Shown here in pieces: positions 1 to 12,933 of a stretch of DNA of 64,000 nucleotides. Both the position numbers and the translations under genes were made by a program. Source of the stretch: Eledone cirrhosa (lineage: Eukaryota). The stretch spans positions 286,130,001-286,194,000 of the forward strand of contig OZ024740.1 of assembly GCA_964016885.1 (NCBI GenBank), given 5' to 3'. Position 1 is the first letter of the stretch; the number at the start of each line of letters is the position of its first letter. Under the pieces are notes generated by a model. It did not search any database, was not told where the DNA came from, and saw nothing but the letters and a program-made list of their open reading frames with translations.

Positions 1-339
1 GCAATAATAGGAATACTTCTATATGCTGACCATATTGAAATCATTGATTGTATAGCTTAACTAATTTCATTATTTAGAAAATTGCATGTAGTTCTTCTTC
101 ATTATTTTTACATCCAATTTTCCATGCTAGCATGGGTTGGACAAGACTTTTTTGATGCAGTATTTTACAGCTGGATGCACCTCCTGATGCCAACCCATAC
201 TTTATATTTAAGTACCTTAATTGTTCCTCTTATTTTTGTCAAACCAGCTCAGCTGCAGGACATAAGCAAATGTTACTGCTTGTTTAAACAGTGTTAATAA
301 GAAGACGTGTTTGGAGAGACACACACTCAATTATATATA

Positions 340-500
340 ACAGACTTCCATAAGGTTTCCACCTACCAAATTCACTCATAAGGCATTCGTCAGATGAAGA
401 CTATAATAGATGAAACTTTCTCACGGTTCCATGCAGTGGAGTTGAACCTGAAACCACTTAGTTGCAAAGCCATCTTCTTAAACACACAGCCATGTCTGAC
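340..500 (-). mobile_element. tRNA-derived SINE remnant (related copies at ~10470-10680, 29095-29235, 31060-31210)
   Basis: Shared ttcc(a/g)(c/t)ctaccaaattcactca...gctatagtagaaga...ttaaccacacagccatg block, with A-box/B-box-like head on the minus strand. Confidence 0.6.
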
Positions 501-3500
501 CTACAAATACATCCTAAAATTAATGGAACAGAACACTTACGCATTACATCGAGTCATAAACTAGCATTTATTAGAAAACACCAAAATGAAACATTTCTTC
601 ACAACAAATCACAAACTTACAAGTTGCATAACTCTTAACATCCTGTTATGATTCAGTAGAAAATGTCTAAAAACAAGTTTGTTAATTCAAATATATATAT
701 CTTAAGTAGTGGCTAGATCATTATAAAAATTTGCAGTATTACAGTAAAAACTTCCATTTTTTTATGTAATGTTGTCATAGTACTTCTTTTTGTACTTCTC
801 AAGAATGTCTTGCTAATGCGGTTCCATGTGGTACAGGACATTGGGTTAATGAACTTATTCAGATGAAAGTTGTAAACTAGATGACCATACATAAACAAGG
901 AAACCTGGCAACACATATTGCATAAAATGTCATGAAGTGGTTGGTGTCAGAAAGAGCATCCAACCAGAAAAAACATGCCAAAATGGAATGTATGAGCAAG
1001 ACAGTTGTTTGATCTGCCTGTTAAGCCTCTGAGCACGACAACTTATCTAACCCATGCAAGCAGGGAAATCAGATGTAAAATAGTGATGATGATGAATACT
1101 AGACAGTTTTGTTATCAATTAATGGTATTTTATTGTTATATAGAAGTCACAAAAATAAAATGAGAATATTGAACAAAATATATTAATAGCAAAATATGAA
1201 ACAAAACTCAACCCATAGGTAGCACATTCTAGCAACGAACTAATAGAAAACACCAGAGACAGCCTACTTCCTGACTGATGAGAGAAACCTGATGTCCAAA
1301 TTTTAGTGATAACCTGTAACACAGACACACAACAGTTTTCATGATTCCTGCCTACAATAAAACGTCTTGAAATATCAGCAGATTTCAGAAATTTATTGTT
1401 CCAATAAAAAGAATGGACTAATTAAGAAATATCAAAAGATGTAATAAAAGGTTAAAAGAGAACAATAATCACAGTTTAAATATCAACAGTATGATGAGTC
1501 CATGGTCAAGATTGTTTGTTCTCAAATGGCCCAACCTACATACCCATCTCACACACTTGTCATCTGTGTATAGGTACTGCAGCAACCGTATTGTATAATT
1601 TTGTTAATCTGCAGTGCTAAATTCAACTGTAGCTTGAAGAGGTATGACCTCCACTTAGCTAATTTTTGCTAGATTCTCTACATAAAGACAAATTCTTCAG
1701 TGGTGCCTCAATGATTGATGGTTTACAAGACTTAAGCATCATATAGCTCTGCTTCAATTCCAAATTGAGATTTAGGAGAGAATATTGTCACCAGGCTGAA
1801 ATTTGGTTTCTAAACAACCAAAATGAGTTTCTTTAACATAAGGGAAATAATACATTTTCTGGAATAGTAATCAGGTCTTGCATGTCTTGATTATATACTC
1901 AGTTTATATTTCTGCTGCAATTATGGTTAGTTGTGTTATCATTGAAAATAATTTCTGTTTTAGAAAAGAAAAATATCATCCAAATTTAATTTTATAATCA
2001 AATTATTTGTCTGTAATGAAGTCTACTTTACTTTCATTTTTTGATGGGAGGGATCATGTTTATAATACAGGCTCAACTTTTTACACAACTATCTTGCAAT
2101 TCTATCCAATTTAACTGTTTCTGCATATATGACTGCATTTTTTAATTATCTCAATTTTAATTTGATATGTAACATATTTCTCTAGGATTATTTTAGACTT
2201 TTCATGGTTTTTTTAACACTATGTTCAAAACCATCCATTCTACATTAATTCTTTCTTTTCTTCTAATAGTCGTTGCAGTTTCTTCCAATTCTCTTTTCTT
2301 TACAATTTAAACTTTTTTTTTTCAGTTAAGATTTTCTTCCTTTCTTTATATTGCTTTTTACATATATTTAACTTCTGTTTAAATAGAAACCACTTGTAAA
2401 CATGATTTTAGCTTTTGGTGGTTTTAAATGAAATGATCTCATTAGATATAGGTTTTATCATAAAAATAACTGTTTATAGTAATCATTAAATGTTTTTGTA
2501 TAAGTTTCAAGATTGTTGGATCAACAATTTTAACTTAATTATTATTCAATGGCTCTTTAAATCTATAATAATAATAATAATGAAATTATTGTGTAAAGTG
2601 CTCAGGTGCACTACAACTCGTCAATATAGTACATAGAATAATACACAAATCAGTTTACATCATACAACTATTAAACATTATAAATTTAGGTATTTAAAAC
2701 AGAAGTATTGTTGAGGAGGGAGATATATGATAGCTTTCAATACATTGCAGGAACAGAATTCATAGGAAATATCATTAGATTGCTTTCTGAAAGCAAAGCA
2801 TTTGTTTTGATTTAGAGAATAGATATTAGTTTACATGGTTTATTTCTAAATTCTCTGTATAATCCAGAGACTGTGGAATATTTAGTTGCTGTTCTATACT
2901 ACAGAATTGCTGGAGAGAAAGGTTATTGTAATTAATGCTAATCAGTTGGTTGGCAGTGACAAAATGGCAATTGCTCCTAGGTATTTCTGGATTTTTAATT
3001 CATACAACAGCAGAATTGCTCATTAATCCAAGCCAGGTTTTATATTACACATTTCATCTTGCTCAGAAGATGTTAGATTTATAACATGTAGGGAGTAAAT
3101 AGCTGTGGGGAAAATGTACAAGTGTGGTTGTGTAAGCTAATCTACAGGGTTGATTATGTCAATATGTGTGTGTGCATATATACACATATACACACACATG
3201 TATGTATTTGTCTTGCAAGATTCTTGATGCAAAATCATCTATTTAAACCAATATTGTTATATTTGGGGATGGTCATGCTGCTAGTATTGCCAATAAAAAG
3301 AAACATACACACACTATATGATTTTTACTTTTTCATTTTAACTTTATTACTAGCTATTAGTTTGTCAAAGTTCTTTCGTCACACATTCTGTGACCTCTTC
3401 ATTGACTATCTGTTATCTTTTGTGTTTCCTCTTCTATCAGAACCAGAAAGAAGAAGCACAAAGAGAACAATTAATAACTAGTAATAAGGTGAAAATCATA

Positions 3501-3549
3501 TTTCTTTTTATCAACAATACTGGCAATATGACTATCCCCAAATATAACA

Positions 3550-3790
3550 ATATATATATTTGTGTATATATATATATATATGTGTGTATATATATATATG
3601 TGTGTATATATGTATGTATATGTATATATGTATGTATATATATGTATATGTATATGTATGTATATAAATATGTATATATATATATGTGTGTATATATATA
3701 TATATGTGTGTATATATGTATGTATATGTATATGTATATGTATGTATATAAATATGTATATATATATGTATATGTATGTATATATATGCG
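3550..3790. repeat. Compound (TA/TG)n microsatellite (similar tracts at 4100-4235, 5068-5365, 16943-16980, 18928-18985)
   Basis: Alternating purine-pyrimidine dinucleotide tract; source of spurious YIYI/MCVC ORFs. Confidence 0.95.
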
Positions 3791-3797
3791 TGGTGGT

Positions 3798-4100
3798 GTG
3801 AAGGTCCATGCCTTAGTGGTTAGAATGTCAGATTCTTATTCATGAGGTTGTAAGTTTGGTTCCTTGACCAAGTGATGTGTTGTGTTCTTGAGCAAGACAC
3901 TGCTCCAATTCACTCAGCTATAGAAACAACTTGTGACGTCACTGGTGTATTGGGCCTTTACCTTTCCCTTGGACAGCATTGGTGGAGTGGGAGGAGGAGA
4001 GACTGGTATGCAGGGGAAACTGCTAGTCTCCCACAAAAACACCTTGCCCGGACTTGTGCCTCGGAAGAGAAATTTTCTAGGTGCAAAATCCATGGTCATT
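3798..4100 (+). mobile_element. tRNA/CORE-type SINE (related copies at ~9503-9600, 10880-11060, 12050-12320, 63584-63700)
   Basis: A-box ...cttagtggttaga..., B-box-like gtttggttcc, and CORE-like tgtgttcttgagcaagacac. Confidence 0.6.
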
Positions 4101-4605
4101 CATGTGTGTGTGTGTGTATATATATATACACACATACACACATGTATGTATGTATATATATATACATGTATGTATTTATATATACATGTATGTATGTATG
4201 GATGGATGTGTGTGTATATATATATATTTGTATGTATTAAAAAGAAGAATATCTGAATAAAGGTCAGTAGATCTGGGAGTCTACTTTTAATAAACATTTG
4301 AACAGCTTTACTGATTATATTTTATTTTTATTTTCATTTAAAAAAAAAACAATTTTCCACTGGAAACTGTAACATTTTTCTAACAAATGTTTACATGTAT
4401 TTATGAATTAACCCCCACATCCTGCTACTGCTGCTGCTGCCACTGCATGTGTCTTGCCTGTTATAACATTGCTTGCCTAACTCTGCATGACTGGTTGCAT
4501 GATTCTGTGTGAGTGTTTATTGTTGTATTTTCTGCATCCCACCTTGACTGTTTCACTGTCAAGTATGATTGTTCTTAACATTGGATAATTTTCCCTTCTC
4601 GGCAG

Positions 4606-4785
4606 CTTATAGTCACTGCATCCAACAGACATACACGAACATGCGTCGGCCACCCTTGCCTGACTACCATTCTGCTACCCAAATGGCTCATCTTGCACGC
4701 CAGAAACAAACTTGGCAATTGGAGCGAGCCCATTCACATGAAGGGGTATACTACAATGAGGAAGAATTTGAGCCAACTGAGGACG
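4606..4785 (+). CDS. RAPGEF2: Internal coding exon of a PDZ-GEF / Rap guanine nucleotide exchange factor (RAPGEF2/6-like), C-terminal region
   Basis: Acceptor ttttcccttctcggcag|CT and donor G|gtatgt; 180 nt, phase 1-1. Encodes AYSHCIQQTYTNMRRPPLPDYHSATQMAHLARQKQ...EEEFEPTED. The LPDY motif resembles the PPDY WW-ligand near the RAPGEF2 C-terminus, and the exon splices in frame to the EQVSAV* exon. Confidence 0.75.
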
Positions 4786-5067
4786 GTATGTGAAAATAAC
4801 ACGTAGATGTTCTTGGTGTGCAATAATTGTTAGATATTGAATTTTCCAACATAACTCGAATACTTGAGGTTTAGGTTTGTTAAATGGCAGTCAGGAAAAT
4901 TTCTTCATTTTTTTTTCTTTTTTTTTTATATCCTTCCTTGATATTTCTCTACTGATAATGTTCTGGTATTTGAAAGTAAACAGTTCCATAGCCCCTTTTA
5001 TTACTCATCTTTTGACTTTGTCTTAAGATTGGAAAGTTGCTGCTTTTTATAATTTCACATAAGGAAG

Positions 5068-5105
<38 letters not shown>

Positions 5106-5311
5106 CTGTGTGTGTAGATATGTGTATGTACAAGACCCCAATATGGGTAAAAAATCTATTAAGTCTGTGAAATGTGTAAATTTGCCATGTTTACATATCT
5201 ATATGCTCAATACATACTTATTTGCAAAGTCTCAGTTCAACCTCTACTACATATTTACACATATATATATGTATATGTATGTGTGTATATATATATGTAT
5301 GTGTATATGTG

Positions 5312-5353
<42 letters not shown>

Positions 5354-6476
5354 GTGTATATATATCCTGGACCAGGTGACATGGTGTGTTCTTAAGCAAA
5401 ACACCTGCTCAATGACACTCAGCTGAAAAAAAAAATGAGTATCAACATTATAAGACTGCCCCCTGCAATGGACTGGCATCTTGTCCAGTGGGACGTCTTG
5501 TACTCTGAGTCTCTTAACATTGATGAGAAATTAAACTGGGGATAAGCACAGGTCTGATGATCCTGATGGCTTGAGACAAACTTTAATTTTAACTAATATT
5601 TATATATATGCACATAAGATTTCAAATAACTTCAACAGCCAAACATAATTGTAACTTGCTCCCTTCTAGATATTATTTAAAGAAATTGCTAAAACTTGCT
5701 GACCTGTGTTCTGCATCTTTCTGGACTTCATTATAAGATTTCTTTTTCCTTACCTTGCATTGTGTATAATATGTATTACTAAGATTTCTTCAACTTCTTT
5801 AACTCTTACATGTAACAGAAATCCAATGTAATATACCCAGGCTTCTGATTACTTTTCCCCTCTTTCATTAATTTCTTCTATTGTCAGAAATCTTTTATTT
5901 ATATTTATTCATTGCTTAGCCACAAGGGAAAGGCAGTGCCCATGATCCTTTTCAGGGCCTTGGAGACTGGTAAGAGGGGGGGGGGGGGTTAGGTATGAAG
6001 GTATCCTCAATTGAGAGATCTCATTCGAATGCTTGCAACCAAATGGATTCTGCTAAAGGCATCCAAGGATCAATTGATTGATTATGTTTTTAACCCAAAG
6101 ATCAAGTGTGTTTTTAATGTAGTTATCTGCCAACTACAATCCTACAGAAGCTTTATTGATCACTGTAAAACAGCAAAATTGCTGTTTTAAGCCATGAACT
6201 TTAATCATTTACATCATTTTATTTTTGCTTATAAATCAATTATTATTTGCTTTCGTTTTTCAAGTATTCACAAAAGTACACTAACTGCTGCTTTCTATTA
6301 TTTCTAAGTAATTTCACATGTTCACCTTTGTGTATGAGTGTACACATGCAAACACACACATGCACGCACACACACACATTGAAGCATAACTCTCTTTCAG
6401 TCTACTATTTCAAGGCATTAAGGGTTTTATGACAATCCTCTTGTATCTCTATAAAATTTGCTGAATAAGTTGTATG

Positions 6477-6507
<31 letters not shown>

Positions 6508-6966
6508 AGCTACTATTTAATGTATCATTTCAAATAGTTTTAGAGAGTATATTACAAACCAGAACGGAATTACAGAAAAATATATATATATCCTTGTGTC
6601 CTACACAATTTTATCAGAAGATAGGTGAAATTTATCTAGAACAAAATATAATTTAAACCTTTTGTCACCATATTTTTTTTAAATTAACTGGTAGTATTTA
6701 GAAAAATAACTAAGATGGTGTCTGGAATTTGACAAAAATGTTCTTACATAAATTTAATGATGAAAAAATTTAATTTCAATATGTACACTTTAAAATGAGA
6801 AGTTTTGTATCATTAGAACAGCCTCAGTCAGGTTGATATCAAAAGGGTCAGAATAAGTCATACCAACAGACTTCACGTTCAATTCTTTTTTTCTATTACC
6901 ATCTCATATTTACAGTCAACCTGTTTTTTTACTGACATTGTTGAATCCATTCTATGATATAATACT

Positions 6967-7185
6967 ATCATCATCATCATTTAATGTCCATTTTCCACGC
7001 TAGCATATGTTAGACAGGCTATCCCATTGTGAGACAAGCCAGTTCAGATGGCTGTGTTTTGCTCATACAGAACTGATTTTTGCTTGGTTTCTACGGCTGG
7101 ATGCCCTTCCTAACACCAACCACATTAATAGTGTTTGGGTGCTTTTTGTTGTGATGTCTACACAATCCCTTTACAGTGTGGGCTG
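6967..7185 (-). mobile_element. Short element sharing the RTE 3'UTR and (ATG)n tail (similar at 95-200, 935-1095, 28590-28815, 57415-57480)
   Basis: catcatcatcatttaatgtccattttccacgc...ggatgcccttcctaacaccaaccac matches the 3' end of the full RTE copies at 35951-36200 and 49780-50029. Confidence 0.7.
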
Positions 7186-8607
7186 GGGGCTTGGGTGGGA
7201 GAGGGGCATGGTGATTGGGGAGGTAGATCTAGGGGCATGGGTGAGGGGAGGAGTAAATTTATAATTCCTTATCTAAGTGGAATATTCTTTTTTTTGTTAC
7301 CTACATTAGACCTCAAAATGAGAAAAGACAGGATTTGATAAATGTGTGTCCTTTATTAATTTGGGAATCAATAAAATAACTACAGGGTGATTAAATTGAC
7401 TATAATCTTTCCCTAAGAATTGACTGCCTTTATGCCAATGTGAAAAATTATTACTACTACTGTTTAGTTTCTGTATTCTGTTATAATGCAACTATTTTGT
7501 GTTTTTTGAAAAGATTCTTTTCAACCAATGGTATTATTATTGCTTCATGTAAAGACAAAGGATTGGCAGAATTGTTAGAGTATCAGAGTGAATGTCTCTC
7601 AGAATTTCTTCCAGTTCTTTACTTTCTGATTTCAAATCTCATCAAAATCCAGTTTAATGGACTAACCCTTCCCCAACCAAAAATTTCTGGTTTGGTGCCT
7701 ATGTAATACATTATTATTAATGCTGTATGTTGTCATCCAGATTGTGCCATAGATAAAACTCAACAACTATAGTAAAGTTTTGTCACAGACATGTGCTCAA
7801 CACTTCAGCACTTTAACCACACAGCTATTCTACCTCATGTATGTATTTTGTGCAGACATTTCCTTTTAAACCTTTCATTACTATATTTCTATTAATTTGG
7901 AGTGATTTAATAAATAACATTTTGTTTGGCAAGTTTTCTACAACTGGATGTCCTTCCTATCACCAACTACTTTATAGAGTGTGCAGTAAGAAATAATTTA
8001 ATATGTGGAAAACAGTTAGTTAAAATTTCAATTTGTAAGCATCAGTGACCATATTTCTAATGAAATACACAATATTTGAATTGATTAACGAATTATTAAG
8101 ATGGCATTTGTAACATAACAAAGGGTTCATATATCAAAATAATGTTGGAAAGTTTTAATTTAAATAGATAGTTTTGTTTCATATAACCAAGGATATGTTT
8201 TGGTAGATTGGTATCCAAAGGTTAAAGAAATTTCCACATTTTTTTACATGTATGTGTTGCAGTGATAAGATAAATTTCATGAACAAATCTTTTGTGGCTC
8301 ACATTATTTGAATAGAGAAAAATATCTTTCAGGATTAAATTATGGGTTTTCTATTAACCTCAATGATGACAGTAGAATTTAAAAATAATATTCAATTTTG
8401 TTTTAGTATTTTATTCCTTTTGTGTTCACCTGGAAGTAAAATGTCCCTTTATGTTCTGAGTTCAAAACAATATCAAATATTAGGGTTCATTAAATCGACT
8501 ACATTTTCCCCCCTTATTGTGGCTTTTCTAAATTTAGAAATGAATAAGTTGAATATAACAAGTTGTCTCTGGCTTGAAAATATTTTTGTGATTCAGTTCT
8601 GTCGAGG

Positions 8608-8639
<32 letters not shown>

Positions 8640-9860
8640 GCAATATTTTGAAACTAGATACTGAGATTTAATCTTTTGATTGTTTTATGGCCCTGATGAA
8701 CAGAATGTCAAAGGCTTTACCCCTGGGGATGGTCAAAGAGATGTGCTGAAAAAGCCAATCCAACTCATTGGGCTTGTTTTTGTGTATGACCATCTCCATC
8801 CTAATCAAAGTATTTAGAAAGGTGATTTGGGGATTATTTCATTTTTGTTGGATCAATAAATACCAATTATACACTGAGATCATTTAAATTGACTACACTC
8901 TTTCTTAACAAAAAAGTCTTTGATGCATGCAGTTAGGTATGAAAAAAATGACCTGTTATGTGATACTTTACAGAAAATGATAAAAATGACTATAAAAGGA
9001 TACAATCTTTCTTGTAAACATACTTGTGTAGCTTTTTTAAATAATACAAATTCTCCACGTCTCAAACTTTGCTATCATAATTTTTATTACTGTCTACATA
9101 TCTTAATATCACTCAAATAAATTGTTAAAATAACAGGAGTTTTATTAGATTCTCTTGTGGGTGGCTAAGTATTGATATGTTTTCTAGAGAAGCAAACACT
9201 ACTTCTAATACTTATACTGAGAAAAGTATGCATGTTTCTCTTGAAATTATATAAAATTATATAAAGATGCACATTTTCAAACAAGGTTAGAAATTATGAA
9301 CAGGTTTCTCTAAATCATACGCATTTTTACAGTGTGTTAGTGAATCAAGAGGGATTAAAGTGATTTCCACTTAACTCTTTCAGTGCCAAAAACATACTCT
9401 TTACGTCCTTTACCCCATTCACCTAGTGTAACAAAGATGGACTGATACATTTTAGCTTTCTTCACTTTTTATATACCCTTCATGTTTACACTTATACAGT
9501 TGTGAAGGCATGTAGTTTAGTGGTTTTACAGTCCTAAAGCTATGAGTTTGATTTCTGGACCAAGTGGTGCAGAGCACTTCATGTTATGTTGTATTCATGA
9601 TAGGACTAGGGACCCTATCATTAAAACACCCAAGAAACCTCCTCATAGGACGCCTGCTAAACCTATATAGGTGTAAGCTATACATTTCATTGTTATACAT
9701 TCTTTGATAGTCAATTATACATTCTCTTAAACTCTTATAATAAAAAAGATTTATTGTTCCCAGTTTGCTTTGTATGGTAGAATTATAAAGAATTACGTTA
9801 TGCCCTGATTCAGGGCTGCTCTTGTAAATATTATTTTCTTTTGTGTCCCGGATTTTTCAG

Positions 9861-9926
9861 GCAGTAATATTGCTTGTCCTGCTGACAACACCACAAATTC
9901 TTCAGATCATTCCTCCCCCCTCATTG
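9861..9926 (+). CDS. Candidate 66-nt symmetric (cassette) exon of the same gene
   Basis: Pyrimidine tract plus tttttcag acceptor and a consensus G|GTGAGT donor; phase 1-1; open frame GSNIACPADNTTNSSDHSSPLI, compatible with both flanking exons. Confidence 0.55.
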
Positions 9927-11443
9927 GTGAGTATGCTTTCATAGCATGGTGTTTACCCTAGCCCTTCTACTACACTCCTCCCCACTATTCCTTTTTACTT
10001 TTAGTCAATTTGCACTCCTTAGTAATTTTTTACACCTATTAGTCCTAAGGCCTTAATTCTGTTTGTTATTATTTAACCTTTTCATGTATAGCATGGGTCA
10101 GCTAGGTCTACAAATTATAACATTTGCATGAATTTTAGTGTTGGTATTATACTGGATGGCCATCATATTGTGAACTATAAAACTATAGAGTGGGCAATGC
10201 TTTTTATATTTCCTATATCAACTGAAACCTTTTTAAATAATGTGCAATACAACATTTGTGAAAAGGCTTAAGTATGGTGATGGACCATCTGTTGATTTCC
10301 ATGAAGAGCATTCAGTTGTTTGATCAACTGAATGTCCACTTCATGAATTAACATGTAAGTGGTTGAGTATCCCACAGACATGTGTATCCTTGACATAATT
10401 CTCAAGCCAAATCAATGTGACACAATATGTAACAAGGTTGGACCTTTGAATTACTGGTACAATCCATGCAATGAGCTTCCACACAGTTTCTGTCTATCCA
10501 GTTCCGATCTCAAAAGCTTGGCTAACCTGTTGTGTTAGTACTATACTGGATGTGGCCGTTGTATTGTGAACTACAAAACTATAGTATTGGTACACTGCCC
10601 AAGATACTATGCAGTGAAATCAAACTCAGGACCTAATGACTGCAAAGTGAAACTTCTAACCACTCAATCATATCTGCATCTTACTTAAGCACAAAATGTA
10701 TAGCACAACACCTGAACAAATAGGTTCATAGTTGAAGCCATTTCAGTGTCCTTGAGAACAAAACAAAACAATCTCATTCCAATTCCCCCAAAATCTTGAC
10801 ATTAGCCCATCCTTCCAGGGTGGATATTTAAAATAATAAATAAATGTCTGTGAGCTTACTGGTTCTATACATTCTGAGTTTGCCTGCAACATCACTGGCA
10901 CCTAGCTGTATTGAATTTTGACTTGCCCTTGAACAACATCAGTGGTGTGGAGAGGGGAGACTTGCATCCCTGAGCGACTGCTCATCTTCCACAAAAGCAT
11001 TTTCCAGCTGTGCACATTAGGGAAGAATTCTTCACGTTGCAGATCCTTGGACTTGCATGACTTACAAGTATCCCCCACCAAAATCAATTCTACTACCCCT
11101 TTATTATTTCAAAAGCATTCGAAATAATTCTACAATTTAAAAAATGTTATTTTTTTTACTCTTTACTGTAATCAGAAGCTGATTCAGTTTGTCAAGATCT
11201 GAACATGATCTTCAAATCCCACATTAAGCCTTAAAATTGTTTACAGCATTACTGTTTGCCTTATATGAGCACTGCCCCAGCAAAGAATTTCAGAATTTGG
11301 GACTTATGATAATTACATTGACATCCCATTGAGATAAACTTTGTTTTTCATCCTTTCTGGGTCAATAAAATAATGCCAATCAAAATACTGGGGTTGATTT
11401 AATCAACACTCAAATTTTGAACTTGCATCTTATGTTAGAAATC

Positions 11444-11635
11444 AGTGGATTGGCAGTATCGGTAGAGGGTCGGACGCCATGCTTTGCAGCATAGAGTTAC
11501 GGCCCTTTATGGTCTGAGTTCAAATCACGCCGAGGTTAACTTTGCCTTTCATCCTTATGGGGTCGATAAAATAAAGTACCAGTAATACACTGAGTAATTG
11601 CTGGCCTTGTGCCAAAAGTAGAAAAAATTATTATT
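11444..11635 (+). mobile_element. tRNA-derived SINE with Nin/Deu-like central domain (other copies at 30292-30472 -, 35467-35650 -, 60605-60750 -, 63905-64000 +, and one split at 12860-12933/15240-15390)
   Basis: Head tggcagtatcggtagag...gagttcaaatc; body gcctttcatccttatggggtcgataaaataaagtaccag; tail ggccttgtgccaaaa. Confidence 0.75.
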
Positions 11636-12933
11636 GATGGTGCTGGGGTTAGTACAGTAGAGTAACAAATGAAATGCCTCACTGCATTTAGTTATATCCT
11701 TCCATGTCTGACTGAAAATCAAGATTTTGTCAGCATCCTCGTAATATCAGGAGAAATAATTATCTATTAGGTTTAACTGAAAAGTGTGACTTTTTGACAG
11801 AAATTACTATTAAAGATGGAGCCTTTTATTTTGTTTTTCTTATCAGAATAGTTTGTTTCTGTTCTTGCATGTTGCCTACCTCAACCTTTCCTTTACATAT
11901 TGCATATCATAGTGTAACAGTTTAAGGTCAGCTGCATGATAGAGTTGGTGTTTTGGGACATTATGAAAATGAAGTAAAATAAAAGTAAATTTTGAAGGAC
12001 TGAGTAGATACTGTTTTCCTCTCTTGGATGAGAGATATTATTTGTTAGCTGTATTCTTACTTGTCGGACCAGATGGTACATTGTGTCCTTGAGCAAGACA
12101 CTTTATTTCACATTGCTCCAATCCAGTTGTGATGTCACTGATGTCAAGCTGTATAACTTTTCCTTTCCATTGGAGAACATCAGTGGTGTAAAAAGGGGTG
12201 ATTGACATGTACAGACAGCTGCTGGTCTTCTTCAAAAACACTTTGCCCAGGCTTGTGTCTTGAAAGATAACTTTTCAGGTGCAAATTTATGGTCAGCCAT
12301 GGTCAAGGGTGGTCTATTTTTGCTTGTATATAATCTCATTTTGATAGTAGTGATTTTTTCCACTTGTTTCATTTGTGTTATCAAACTTAAGGATTTTATT
12401 TAATAAAGAATTTCTTTTCGTTATTTGTGTTCTCTGAATTACTTAATTTCTTAGATTCCTTACAAGCATGAAATCCCTCACTATTTATCATTATCTAATT
12501 TGTTGTCATCCTTTGTCTCGCACTACCTCACTGATTTAAGTTAGCTTCTTTTTGTGTATGATTCAGTCTCCATCCTTAACTCTTAATATTTAGCAGAAAA
12601 TATCTTTAAACAGTTTCTTGTAAATTCAAATGTTTGTAGTATCTTTACTAGTGGACAACTTATGAAAAATTTGCAGTAAACTAAAATAAAGAATTCTCAG
12701 TATTTACTTCAACAACTGGGCAATTCGAACTTAGTTACAATTCTGAATCTATTCTATTAAAATGAACATAATTTTTGTGCACTTTCTCTTACCTATATGC
12801 TGTTCCTGTTCTGTATTTCAGATACACTATGAGCTATATTTTATTATTACTTAAGCTCGAGGGTGTTGGATAGACTGAACTGTTACAGTGTTGGACAAAA
12901 TACTTTACTGCATTAAGTTACAGCCCATTACCT

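Noticed and set aside
1275-1300. Isolated CTGATGA motifs (also ~5554 and ~8694)
   Set aside because: There is no stem II or stem I pairing around them; these are chance matches or part of a SINE tail.
1690-2500. Possible minus-strand Penelope N-terminal remnant (strong strand bias, KPNFSL-like)
   Set aside because: Too decayed; no diagnostic catalytic motif is readable.
11444-11530. tRNA-like A/B boxes in SINE heads
   Set aside because: There is no cloverleaf, and each continues into a SINE body; they are not tRNA genes.
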